A stretch of DNA of 47,403 nt, from IMG/VR virus record IMGVR_UViG_3300011438_000005, positions 1 to 47,403 of that record. One strand, 5' to 3'. Both the position numbers and the translations under genes were made by a program. The DNA comes from a virus. Under the pieces are notes generated by a model. It made no database searches. It was given only the letters and a program-made list of their open reading frames with translations, and was not told the DNA's origin. The stretch's first letter is position 1; each line of letters opens with the position of its first letter. Positions 47,383 through 47,403 of the stretch are shown here, piece after piece.

Positions 47383-47403
47383 GGCGGTCCCCCTGGGAGG
47401 CGC
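47281..47403. repeat. Terminal direct repeat, right copy (identical to 1-123)
   Basis: Same comparison as for 1-123. It carries the 5' end of CDS 47068..47382. Confidence 0.97.

Noticed and set aside
1-47403. Striking abundance of CTCGAG (XhoI-type palindrome) across the genome as a possible regulatory or restriction-related motif
   Set aside because: Nearly all copies I checked fall in frame as Leu-Glu (ctc gag) in Leu/Glu-rich coding regions. The abundance is a codon-usage and amino-acid composition effect, not an independent signal.
1-47403. tRNA genes, CRISPR arrays, transposase or IS elements
   Set aside because: I found no non-coding gap long enough for a tRNA apart from 10062-10342 and 12416-12569, and neither shows a cloverleaf-compatible arrangement by eye. 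There are no regularly spaced direct repeats and no transposase-like ORFs.

Overview
The window is a complete genome of a high-G+C tailed phage (roughly 70% G+C by eye) with a podovirus-type (T7-like) morphogenesis gene order. Bases 1-123 are repeated exactly at 47281-47403, giving a unique length of 47,280 bp. A coding operon reads straight through that junction, so the molecule is circular, circularly permuted or terminally redundant. Two divergent transcription units leave a ~120-bp control region (8742-8863). (1) The leftward unit has 24 mostly small genes chained by ATGA/GTGA/TTGA start-stop overlaps. It runs 8741 down to 95 and continues across the junction from 47382 down to 46446. It encodes an XRE-type HTH protein, an ERF-family annealase, a Cas4-like PD-(D/E)XK nuclease, an HNH endonuclease, a MUG-like UDG-superfamily protein, two small lipoproteins and many Cys-rich proteins. 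(2) The rightward unit (8864-46550) encodes an MT-A70 methyltransferase whose 3' end carries a DnaA-box array. It continues with terS/terL, a T7-type portal, scaffold, capsid and decoration proteins, gp11/gp12-like adaptor and nozzle, and gp13/14/15-position internal proteins. Next comes a 3,639-aa giant ORF in the gp16 (ejectosome) position, then a tail fibre, a GH24 endolysin with a holin, and several late proteins with signal peptides. I recognise no integrase, DNA polymerase, primase, helicase, RNA polymerase, tRNA or CRISPR array. The best candidate for something new is the giant virion-position protein (23% of the genome). It contains a divergent GGDEF-type palm/cyclase domain (motif STGDEF), an HExxH zincin motif and other conserved blocks, which suggests an injected multi-enzyme polyvalent effector. 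Secondary leads are the DnaA-box cluster in a phage that lacks replication genes, four signal-peptide proteins in the late region, and the promoter-proximal small-gene plus HTH cassette. All functional calls come from reading motifs by eye, since no searches could be run.
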